Assembly: GCA_028711705.1 (NCBI GenBank)
Contig: JAQTRS010000003.1
Location: 27,818 to 91,817 of the forward strand
Direction: 5' to 3'
Source of the DNA: Candidatus Moraniibacteriota bacterium
Lineage (GTDB): Bacteria > Patescibacteriota > Minisyncoccia > Moranbacterales > UBA1568
Length of the DNA stretch: 64,000 bases
Part shown: piece by piece, positions 28,053-36,863 of the stretch
How the letters are laid out: each line of letters starts with the position of its first letter
How positions within the stretch are numbered: position 1 is the stretch's first letter
Made by a program: the position numbers and the translations under genes
The notes under the pieces: model-generated
What the model saw: the letters and a program-made list of their open reading frames with translations, nothing else
The model's database searches: none
What the model was told of the DNA's origin: nothing

Positions 28053-29699
28053 ATGAAAAACATCATTCACTCACTCAAAAACGGTGTTCGCACCATCGAA
28101 TCGGTACCGACAAGCTATACGCTATGGCTGACGTCTTTTTCCAGCCTGATCATTATAAGAATCATGGTTGAAAACTGGCTATCCGGATTCGAAAGCCGTT
28201 CCTCTCAATTCCTGTTCTATGAATTCACGCACACATTCTTCTTTTTCCTGCTTTCTTTCCTCGTTCTCTGGCCCGTGGTCTCATTTTTCGGCAAAGTAAC
28301 GCTCTCGCAAACCTCAACCATCCTCCTGTTCGGATTCATTATCATCCTCACGCCCCCTCTTTTGGATACCTGGATCGCAAATGGGGCTCATCTCTGGAGT
28401 TTTTATAAATTCGATAGCCTTGCCGGCCTTTGGCAGCGCTATTTCACACTTTTCGGCGACCGCCCCGACATCGGCATCACCTATGGCGTGCGCATCGAAG
28501 TGATCCTCACTACGGTTTTGATCGGCATCTATACCTTTATCAAAACCGATCATCTGCCCCGATCCGTCGTTGCGATGATTTCCACCTATAGCATCCTCTT
28601 TATTTTAGGAACATTCCCATCTTGGCTTACCTTCCTCATCCTCGGACTTCAAAAAAATATCTTTTCTATCACCGATATCGATATCGCTTCCCTCTTCCTT
28701 TCTCCGTTCACGCTTCTGATGCGATCGAATTTCGAATTATCCTCCATCCTCAATGTCAAGATGAGCCTTATATACGCGCCATTAACGCTTACACTCACCG
28801 CCATCTATCTTTGGCGATACTTCCCTGAAAAGTTCTTCGCGCTCTATCATAATGCGCGCATCCCTCAAATCATCTACCATGGCGGATTGTTTCTTGTCGG
28901 CATAGGGCTTGCGCTTGCATTGACACAAGCGACTCTCTCTTACAATCTCTTCAATCTCATCGGAATCATCGATACCCTGATTGCTATCGGGTGCGCATGG
29001 CTTTCTTCCGTCATCACCAATGATCTTTTCGACCAGAAGATAGATATCCTGACCAATCCGACACGCCCTCTCCAAAAGCAAGTCTTTTCCCAAGAGGAAT
29101 ACAAGGCTGTCGGCATGACATTTTTCATGACGTCGCTTATCTTTTCGGCCCTGGTGAGCTTTAAGATCATGCTCTTGCTTCTCATCTATCAGGCACTTGC
29201 CTGGGTATACTCCGCCTGGCCGCTTCGCCTCAAAAAATTCCCCGTCATAGCCACTTTTTTTGCCGCTCTCGCCTGCGTCATCGTCCTTATCGCCGGCTTT
29301 ACCCTAATAGCTCCGGAAGGAACCACCGAAAAGCTCCCAGCATCTTTCATTTGGTTTTTCCTCTTCATCCTCACCGTTTTTCTTCCCTTCAAGGACTTTA
29401 AAGACATCGCTGGCGATAAGGCCGACAATGTCTATACCATACCCGTTCTTTTCGGCGAGCACACCGGAAAACTCATCATCGGCAGCGGAATCTTCCTTTC
29501 CTATATGCTTAGTATTTCCATCTTCCACGAACCAAGACTCTTCTTATGGGCCCTGCTTTTCGGAAGCCTTTCTTTTTGGACGCTCATGATTTCCCAATCG
29601 GACAGAAAACAGCTTCTTTCATACCATAAGCTTCCCGGATGGCTCCTTGGTATCGCCTTCATCTACGGACTCATCCTTACAAATATCATCTTCTACTAA
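28053..29699 (+). CDS. UbiA-family prenyltransferase fused to an N-terminal ~250-aa polytopic membrane domain
   Basis: C-terminal half carries NDLFDQKID (NDxxDxxxD) and KDFKDIAGDKAD. The N-terminal half is hydrophobic with no recognisable motifs. Confidence 0.65.
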   Translation: MKNIIHSLKNGVRTIESVPTSYTLWLTSFSSLIIIRIMVENWLSGFESRSSQFLFYEFTHTFFFFLLSFLVLWPVVSFFGKVTLSQTSTILLFGFIIILTPPLLDTWIANGAHLWSFYKFDSLAGLWQRYFTLFGDRPDIGITYGVRIEVILTTVLIGIYTFIKTDHLPRSVVAMISTYSILFILGTFPSWLTFLILGLQKNIFSITDIDIASLFLSPFTLLMRSNFELSSILNVKMSLIYAPLTLTLTAIYLWRYFPEKFFALYHNARIPQIIYHGGLFLVGIGLALALTQATLSYNLFNLIGIIDTLIAIGCAWLSSVITNDLFDQKIDILTNPTRPLQKQVFSQEEYKAVGMTFFMTSLIFSALVSFKIMLLLLIYQALAWVYSAWPLRLKKFPVIATFFAALACVIVLIAGFTLIAPEGTTEKLPASFIWFFLFILTVFLPFKDFKDIAGDKADNVYTIPVLFGEHTGKLIIGSGIFLSYMLSISIFHEPRLFLWALLFGSLSFWTLMISQSDRKQLLSYHKLPGWLLGIAFIYGLILTNIIFY

Positions 29700-29705
29700 T
29701 CACGC

Positions 29706-30503
29706 CTATTCGAATGCGGTAGCGACCCGCTGCCAATCATCGATAGCAAGCGCCTGGGCCCGGATATTCGCATCAAGACCCAATCGATCGAGTTTTTGAG
29801 CCACAGCGTCTTTCGGCAGATGGAAACTCGCCGAGAAATTATTCACCAGCGTCTTGCGCCTGGATGAAAATCCAGCCTTGACACAACGAAAAAATTTCTT
29901 ATCCAGGTCTTTATCGAAGCTCCGTTTCGGAACAAGCCGAACCACCGCGCTATCGACTTGCGGCACCGGCTCAAAGGCAGTTTTCGGGACAATGAATGAA
30001 AGCTCTGCATCGGCATAGTATTGCACCGAAACCGCCAGGATGCTCAAGGCACCCACCTTAGCGGTAATACGTTCCGCTACTTCTTTTTGCACCATCAACA
30101 CGATACATTCCGGCGGCATAGGGAGCTCTAAAAGATACTGGATGATCGGAGCGGTAATGTAGTACGGGATATTCGCCACCACCTTATACGACTGTCCTTC
30201 CGGCAATTGGCTTTTCTTCAGCACTTCCATCAGATCCGCCTGCAAAATATCCTGCCTTACAATAGTGACATTGCTTGAGAGTGGGAATCGTTTCAGCAAA
30301 TTCGGGATAAGATCGCTATCGAGTTCTAAAGAAATGACCCGCTTCGCTTTTTCCGAAAGGACCTGCGTCAAGATCCCTGTTCCGGGGCCGATTTCCACCA
30401 CGAAATCATCGGGTGCTATATTCGCGCTTGCCACGATACGACCAAGAACCCCTTCGTCTTTCAAGAAGTTCTGTCCGAGATGCTTTTTCGCCTTCACTTG
30501 CAT
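29706..30503 (-). CDS. rsmA: 16S rRNA (adenine1518/1519-N6)-dimethyltransferase
   Basis: Residues HLGQNFL...VVEIGPGTGILT. Start set at MQVKAKK. Confidence 0.85.
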   Translation of the reverse strand: MQVKAKKHLGQNFLKDEGVLGRIVASANIAPDDFVVEIGPGTGILTQVLSEKAKRVISLELDSDLIPNLLKRFPLSSNVTIVRQDILQADLMEVLKKSQLPEGQSYKVVANIPYYITAPIIQYLLELPMPPECIVLMVQKEVAERITAKVGALSILAVSVQYYADAELSFIVPKTAFEPVPQVDSAVVRLVPKRSFDKDLDKKFFRCVKAGFSSRRKTLVNNFSASFHLPKDAVAQKLDRLGLDANIRAQALAIDDWQRVATAFE

Positions 30504-30650
30504 AGATATGATGATTATATACTCGATCCAATATCTTCCACTATACATATATACCCCCTATAAAGCAATAATCTCTTCTTATTGTTTATAGAGAATACAT
30601 AAAGTTATGCACATTATATACAAAGTTATGCACACTTGAGGATAACTTCT

Positions 30651-31622
30651 TTAATTCGCCACTTCTTCCACCTTAAGTGAGATAACGCCGGCGCCGATAG
30701 AGGCGATTTTGGCGAAGGCGACTTTATCAAGATCGATGATGCGGTTTTTCCCAAACGGACCGCGATCATTTATCTTTACGATCACCGTTTTTCCATTTTC
30801 CTGATTGGTCACTTTCGCATAGCTTCCCATCGGAAGCCACGGACTGGCAGCTGCCAGTGTCCCGGTATACGCATACCACGTACCTAGTCCCGTATGCGCT
30901 GTTCCTTTCACTGCCACATACGTCCCCTGCATAGTTTTTTCCGTTACCGGCTCCTTCACTATTTCTTGCTTCATGATTGTGCGATCGATTTCCTTGCCAT
31001 CATACGAGACGACCCTATACGTCGATCTTTTTATGCCCGCCTCACCTTTTTGCGTCACGATGGCCTTCCGCCAACTCAATTTCTCATCTTCCTCGATTGT
31101 TATAGCAAAAGCGATCGTCTTATCAATAATTTCTTCTTTGACAATGACCCGCACGACACTCACAGAGGCTTTATCTATGACTACGTCCTCATTTTTCGGC
31201 AAAACAAAATCATCCTCACCTAAAATCACATCATTCTCCAAGAGCATCCTCTCCACGCTCGTCTGATACGTTACCAAAGCCCGTTTTTCTCCCCCCACTG
31301 CCAGCGTGATATGTTTCGCCCGATGAATACCAATGGTCGCGTGCGCATATACACGGTTTTCCAAAGGTCCGAACACGACATCCTCATCACCCAACACTAT
31401 TTTCTGCTCATCCAAAAAATCCTTTATATTCGTCGACTTCGTCATCACATCAAATACCCTCCCATCGTCATCTAATGTCACGCGTACCGCCTTTGAATAA
31501 CCTTCCGGCATCCAAGTTTCGTTCACATGCCAAAAACTCATCTGCGAGATATCATCCCTCAAAAACCATACTCCTGTAATAATAAGCATTGCCAAAACCA
31601 ATAAACGCACCATTTTTTTCAT
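30651..31622 (-). CDS. YabE-like protein (N-terminal TM, G5-like middle, C-terminal 3D/RlpA-like DPBB domain)
   Basis: C-terminus is YAKVTNQENGKTVIVKINDRGPFGKNRIIDLDKVAFAKIA. It sits next to ksgA, as in Firmicutes. Confidence 0.55.
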   Translation of the reverse strand: MKKMVRLLVLAMLIITGVWFLRDDISQMSFWHVNETWMPEGYSKAVRVTLDDDGRVFDVMTKSTNIKDFLDEQKIVLGDEDVVFGPLENRVYAHATIGIHRAKHITLAVGGEKRALVTYQTSVERMLLENDVILGEDDFVLPKNEDVVIDKASVSVVRVIVKEEIIDKTIAFAITIEEDEKLSWRKAIVTQKGEAGIKRSTYRVVSYDGKEIDRTIMKQEIVKEPVTEKTMQGTYVAVKGTAHTGLGTWYAYTGTLAAASPWLPMGSYAKVTNQENGKTVIVKINDRGPFGKNRIIDLDKVAFAKIASIGAGVISLKVEEVAN

Positions 31623-31670
31623 TCAAAGATGTATCGGCAACGTATAGTATAGCGCATTCCGGTATAAAAA

Positions 31671-33200
31671 TCACTCTTCCGTGCGGAACCTATACTGGAT
31701 AGCCTCGCCGATATGCTGCGCTGCGATATTTTCCACACCCTCAAGATCCGCGATAGTGCGCGCCACCTTGATCAACCGATGATAGCCTCGCGCGCTCAGA
31801 TGAAACGTCGAGACCGCTTGCCGCAGCAAATCAAGACTCGCCTTATCCAGTGCGCAATATTTCTTGATCTGACTCGAAATCATTTCGCTATTCGTCAGAA
31901 TAGCTGACTTTTCAAAACGTTTTTGCTGTATAGTTCTCGCATTTTCCACGCGATTACGGATATCCCTGCTCTTTTCGGAAGCCTGCGTCGCTTCGAGTTT
32001 ATCGAAATGGAGGCGCGGCACTTCGATATGCAGATCGATACGATCCAAAATCGGCCCCGATATTCTCTGTTTGTATTTCTCACGCTGCTGATGCGAGCAC
32101 GAGCACATCCGTTCCGGATCACTCGCATTGCCGCATGGACACGGATTCATCGCTGCGATAAGCATAAATCGCGACGGGAATTGAATGGACCCTTTAGCCC
32201 TTGTCACGCTGATATACCCATCTTCAAGCGGTTGTCTGAGATTTTCTAAAATATTTTTCGAAAACTCAGCGAATTCATCCAGAAACAATACGCCCCGATG
32301 CGCCAGACTGATTTCACCCGGACGCGGAATCGAACCGCCCCCCACCAGCGACACCGCGCTCGCGCTATGATGCGGTGAGCGAAAGGGTCTTTTTGTTATA
32401 AGGGTGTTATTTCGCGTCAATCGTCCCGACACGGAAAATATTTTCGTTATCTCAAGACTCTCCTCGAAAACGAGTTTCGGTAAAATAGAAGGTAGTGTTT
32501 TCGCAAGAAGCGTTTTTCCTGATCCGGGAGGTCCGATCAGAAGAATATTATGACCACCGGCAGCCGCGATTTCCAATGCCCGCTTGGCATGTTCCTGCCC
32601 TTTGATGTGCTCCATATCGAAAAGATGCTCTTCTTCCTCAAAAACATTCTTTCCAGCCTCAAATACCACTGGATCAATCATTTCTATCCCTTGCAAGTGC
32701 TTTACCGTCTGCACAAGCGTCTGTATGGGGAAAATTTTAATACCACCCGCCAAGACTGCCTCCTTTGCATTATCTTCCGGAACATACAATTCCTCAAATC
32801 CCTTTTTCTTGGCTAATAGGGCTATAGGCAGCGTGCCATGAATCGGACGGATCCGACCATCCAAAGCCAACTCCCCTAAGAAAAGCTTTTTATGCACATC
32901 CATACGCAGCTGCTCGGTCGCCACCAAAAAAGAAAGTGCTATCGGAACATCATAGACAGGGCTATTTTTCGGCAAATCTGCCGGCGCCAAATTCACTGTT
33001 ATCCTTCCGCAATGATGCGGGGGCTTCAGCCCGCTATTTTTGATCGCCGAACTCACACGATCGCGCGATTCTTTGATGGCAGTATCAGGAAGCCCCACCA
33101 GGGTGAATCTATGCAATCCGGAACCCAATACATCTACCTCAACTTCAACTATTTCACCTTCCAACCCGAGGATCGCTGCTGAAAATATCTTTGCGGGCAT
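31671..33200 (-). CDS. comM: Mg-chelatase-like AAA+ ATPase YifB/ComM
   Basis: Residues IFSAAILGLEGEIVEVEVD...LLIGPPGSGKT...C-terminal ChlI domain. Confidence 0.85.
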   Translation of the reverse strand: MPAKIFSAAILGLEGEIVEVEVDVLGSGLHRFTLVGLPDTAIKESRDRVSSAIKNSGLKPPHHCGRITVNLAPADLPKNSPVYDVPIALSFLVATEQLRMDVHKKLFLGELALDGRIRPIHGTLPIALLAKKKGFEELYVPEDNAKEAVLAGGIKIFPIQTLVQTVKHLQGIEMIDPVVFEAGKNVFEEEEHLFDMEHIKGQEHAKRALEIAAAGGHNILLIGPPGSGKTLLAKTLPSILPKLVFEESLEITKIFSVSGRLTRNNTLITKRPFRSPHHSASAVSLVGGGSIPRPGEISLAHRGVLFLDEFAEFSKNILENLRQPLEDGYISVTRAKGSIQFPSRFMLIAAMNPCPCGNASDPERMCSCSHQQREKYKQRISGPILDRIDLHIEVPRLHFDKLEATQASEKSRDIRNRVENARTIQQKRFEKSAILTNSEMISSQIKKYCALDKASLDLLRQAVSTFHLSARGYHRLIKVARTIADLEGVENIAAQHIGEAIQYRFRTEE

Positions 33201-33261
33201 AATGAAGAGCTCATGGGATTATTTTTCCATTATACACGGGTGCGATAAAATTTTTCTAAAA

Positions 33262-33666
33262 TTATTCTCTCAACCCCTCCCGATACCTGAAAACAAACAG
33301 TATGGCACCGATAAGGATGCTTACATCCGCGATATTAAACCAGGGAAAATACGGTATCATGTGTAGGTAATCGATCACGCAACCATACACGATCCGATCG
33401 ATACTATTCGAAAGCGCTCCGAAAGAAATAAAGAGCAATCCGCTGGCGCCTACATACTCACCCGATCGTACACAGCGTACCCCATAACCGATGATAAATA
33501 TAAGGGTTATTCCGCTCAGAAATAGTATTATTTCCTGCGGAATATATATACTAAAAGCGACTCCGGGATTGCAAACGGCCGCAGTCAAAGGGTAAGAGCC
33601 CTTCATTACGCGATCAATAGCAAATAAGAGTACGCTTATAGTTGATAGACAATACGGTATCACCAT
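33262..33666 (-). CDS. lspA: lipoprotein signal peptidase II
   Basis: 134 aa, 4 TM. Contains the NIADVSI and IDR motifs. Confidence 0.8.
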   Translation of the reverse strand: MVIPYCLSTISVLLFAIDRVMKGSYPLTAAVCNPGVAFSIYIPQEIILFLSGITLIFIIGYGVRCVRSGEYVGASGLLFISFGALSNSIDRIVYGCVIDYLHMIPYFPWFNIADVSILIGAILFVFRYREGLRE

Positions 33667-33669
33667 GCA

Positions 33670-34023
33670 CTAGTTGTGATTCATGCAGATTTTAGCTGAA
33701 GGATAGGCCTGGAGACGATCCAAGGCTATATCGGCGCCACACACTTCGCATTTCCCATACGTACCGGCTTCCATGCGCTCCAGCGCCTCGATAATATCTT
33801 GGAGTTTCTGCTCGAGCGTGTTTTCAACTGCTATATTATCGACATATTGTTCCGTTTCGGTCTCACTATCCCCTTCTTCCCGACCAAAATCCTCGAAACG
33901 GGTTTCGTATTCTCCGGGAGTGCCGGTCGGATTCGCGATTCTACCTAATTCTTGTTCCAATGTGAGCTTATTAGCCTCAAGTTGCGTTTTTAATTCCTGA
34001 AGGACTGATTGTTCGATTGCCAT
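33670..34023 (-). CDS. DksA/TraR-family C4 zinc-finger protein
   Basis: Coiled-coil N-terminus. C-terminal zinc finger is CEVCGADI...C. Confidence 0.7.
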   Translation of the reverse strand: MAIEQSVLQELKTQLEANKLTLEQELGRIANPTGTPGEYETRFEDFGREEGDSETETEQYVDNIAVENTLEQKLQDIIEALERMEAGTYGKCEVCGADIALDRLQAYPSAKICMNHN

Positions 34024-34139
34024 AACATTACCGGGAGAATATTTTCAAATATTTTTGCCAATATCCCTTTATTTAAGAGTTTTTTATCCACATTTTCCAC
34101 ACCTTATACACTCTATTATACCAAAACCATCCCCATTGT

Positions 34140-34523
34140 CTAGAAAAATATATGCTCCAGATGCCGCACTTTCGCATTTTTAGTATGCGGATCGATCAAG
34201 ATAGAGAGTGCATCGAAACGATATTCCTTCTTCCAAAGCTTTTTTATCGTCAAATAGGTCGATGCGATCTTTTCAAGATGCCTCAGTTTTTGAGGAGATA
34301 TATTCTCCTCAGGCAAAACCGTATCACTGCTTCTTGCGATCCGTGTCTTCACTTCCACAAAGATGATTATTTCTCCCTGAAGAGCGATAATGTCGATTTC
34401 TCCGTATTTATATCCTTTGGTATTCTGAAAATTTCTTTCAACGATCGCATACCCTTTTCTTTGAAGGTAGGTGCAAGCGATGGATTCTCCAAGGGTTCCG
34501 ACGGATTGAGAAGAAGGGATCAT
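34140..34523 (-). CDS. yraN: YraN/UPF0102-family endonuclease
   Basis: GEIDIIALQGEIIIFVEVKTR matches the PD-(D/E)xK-like core typical of YraN. Confidence 0.7.
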   Translation of the reverse strand: MIPSSQSVGTLGESIACTYLQRKGYAIVERNFQNTKGYKYGEIDIIALQGEIIIFVEVKTRIARSSDTVLPEENISPQKLRHLEKIASTYLTIKKLWKKEYRFDALSILIDPHTKNAKVRHLEHIFF

Positions 34524-34559
34524 AAATATATACGTATAAATTATTTTTTTCTTTATGGT

Positions 34560-35695
34560 TACTACTAGTGCGGTGCATTAGTGGATAAGGGACATCTCCT
34601 TTTAGGTAAAGAGTTTTTTAGAATACTTCTTTGTGTATAAATGGAAGCATCATTGTGAAAATGGTAGATACGTGAGTGATGTGGAGAATAAGAGGATAAC
34701 TTATGAACCAATGTTCTTAGGTTACGCAAGAATTAAACACGTAGATACCCCCAAAAACCAAGCGGTTACGAACGCTTTATACACATTTTATCAACAAATC
34801 AGCGGGATGTATGTGTGTAAGAATGTGCATAAGTGGTAAACATTGTGAATAAGCGTAGTCTGCTTGGGTTCCATTTAAAGAATAATGCAGAGGAGATAAA
34901 ATAAAAAGAGTTTAAGGAATTATGCAATATACATCGTGGATTTTAGTATAAAAAAACACCCTATAGGTGAATGGTTGGAGGTGGAGTTTGTTGGTGTCGG
35001 AGAGCTCAGTGACGCCTTAAATAAAGATTATTGGGCAGTGTGAGCTATCCGACGTTGCATGTGCCAACATGTGTAGTGTGATTATCCCATCCCTGATGGT
35101 ATATCCCCGGGTGAGAAGATATGGTATCTTAAGATGAATCTAATCAAGCTTTCTACGCATGTAATATGTGCGCATGCTCCTTAATGATGTTTATCTGACT
35201 TTACATCTTTTCTCTTTACCGTTCTCTGGTACTTGACCTTTGTTTAAAGAACTGGTTTTTTTGTTTATTTTGATTTTATCCCTTATTTTTTATTTTTTGT
35301 AAGGGCACGCCTAAGTCAGTTATCTATCCGCTAGCATAGTGCTAGTAAGCAGAGAACTGACTTAGAACATGTTTTTATTTTTGTTTTATAGTTCCTCGGT
35401 CAGATCGAGGGAGATCTTACATTGAAGATCATTTGAACAGTAAGAGAATTCCAATCACAAATAGGGGGAAATTGTGATTGGAAACACTCTCACGGTTCAT
35501 AGGTTGTCAAAGTTCTTTCCGTACTCTTATAGATATAGTATAGCAGAAAAAATAGGCTGAGTCAATAAATGATGCGAAGCACTCCTTGTTTTTATTTCTA
35601 TAAAGGATCACACATCACCATGTGTATTTTTGTGGGCTGATGCTCCACTTGGCTGATTGAAAATGCTTCCCTTCTTTTTCTTTTAAAGAGCGCAT
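34560..35695. other. ~1.1 kb AT-rich region with no ORFs, containing several local inverted repeats. Candidate ncRNA locus or decayed insertion.
   Basis: Stops in all six frames. Composition is visibly AT-richer than the flanks. Hairpins include CCAATCACAA...TTGTGATTGG and TAAGTCAGTT...AACTGACTTA. Confidence 0.5.
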
Positions 35696-35733
35696 AAAAA
35701 AATAATTCTCTTTTGAGGGAGAATTATTTTTCT
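35696..35733. terminator. bidirectional rho-independent terminator (AATAATTCTC / GAGAATTATT, flanked by an A-run and a T-run)
   Basis: Read directly. Lies immediately 3' of the minus-strand gene ending at 35749. Confidence 0.6.
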
Positions 35734-35748
35734 GATCTTTCTTATTTT

Positions 35749-36777
35749 TTAGCGGACGATATCCAAAAGCGCGTGATGCGTTTTCATACTTGTCCCGATG
35801 ATAAGATACGTTGTCGTTGTGGCGTAATCGACGGAGAGGCCCGTCTCTGGATGAATATTGTTATAGCGAAGCGAAATGTTTTTATAGATGCCGTTACTGA
35901 ACGTCGCCGTCGTTTTTGTCGGAGTGTCATTAAGGAAGAGTGGCGATAGGCCTTGTACGAGTGTTGCCTCGTCCTGTTTCATGGCTGCCTGGATCGCATT
36001 TTTATCCCTAAACTCAATAGATAGTCCTATGCGCGGTGTTTGATCGCTTGTATAGATGAATAATGAGAAGTTTTCAGAAAGTGCCGCAAGCGTCGCTTGA
36101 GAAAGTTGTATTCCGGAGAGTTGTGCGAATGAGGCGAATGGTATCGGAGTATTGTTCGTATCGGTGATGATGAATTCGATAGGCGTAGCGCTATTGAGAG
36201 CAGCTACCTGTTTCGCTGTTTGCAGGAGGGTAGTTTGCAGTGTCTGCGGTGTTGAATTATTAGCATCAATAGGAAGGTAGTTGGGTGTTTCGGTTGAGAA
36301 TAGGGTGAGCATTTCTTGCTCATCGATCGCATGAGAGTCTTTTGTTACGATCTGTTCTTCTATAGAAGGTGCTTCAGTGGGAGTTTCGCGTGTTGTTATG
36401 AAATAGTATATTCCACCGATAGATACTAGTACGACAAGTATGATCGCTGGGATAATAATTTTTGAGGAAGAAGATGTTTGAGGTTGTATGCTGATGTTTG
36501 AAGTAGACACCGGTAGCGGTGTTGCGTGTGCATAGGTATCGGATGACGATACAGTATCGACCGCTTGTTCATTATTAATGAAGGGGTTTTGATTGATGAA
36601 TGTTTGCTTGTGTGTGCCGTCTTGATTGATGACAGAAGGATTTTGCTGTAAGGGAGCGTCTTCTTGGTATATGACGCCGTTTATAGCATCAAGATCATCC
36701 TGCATAGTTTTGATTACCGCCCCATTATTTGCGGAATCGCTCTGGCCAGGCAAGGGTTTTTTAGAAAATAGAGACAT
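35749..36777 (-). CDS. hypothetical single-pass membrane protein
   Basis: 342-aa ORF with one TM (IIIPAIILVVLVSIGGIYYFI). Ser/Thr/Gln-rich. Confidence 0.55.
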   Translation of the reverse strand: MSLFSKKPLPGQSDSANNGAVIKTMQDDLDAINGVIYQEDAPLQQNPSVINQDGTHKQTFINQNPFINNEQAVDTVSSSDTYAHATPLPVSTSNISIQPQTSSSSKIIIPAIILVVLVSIGGIYYFITTRETPTEAPSIEEQIVTKDSHAIDEQEMLTLFSTETPNYLPIDANNSTPQTLQTTLLQTAKQVAALNSATPIEFIITDTNNTPIPFASFAQLSGIQLSQATLAALSENFSLFIYTSDQTPRIGLSIEFRDKNAIQAAMKQDEATLVQGLSPLFLNDTPTKTTATFSNGIYKNISLRYNNIHPETGLSVDYATTTTYLIIGTSMKTHHALLDIVR

Positions 36778-36863
36778 AGGCGGTTTTTATTTTGATAAAC
36801 GAATAGAGATATCTTTGAAGATATCTCTATTGTATAATAAAACATTTGTATTGGCGAGTTTGC

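Noticed and set aside
34633-34839. 68-aa ORF inside the AT-rich ORF-free island
   Set aside because: It has no RBS, an odd composition, and is isolated. It is more likely chance than a gene, though a small protein is not excluded.
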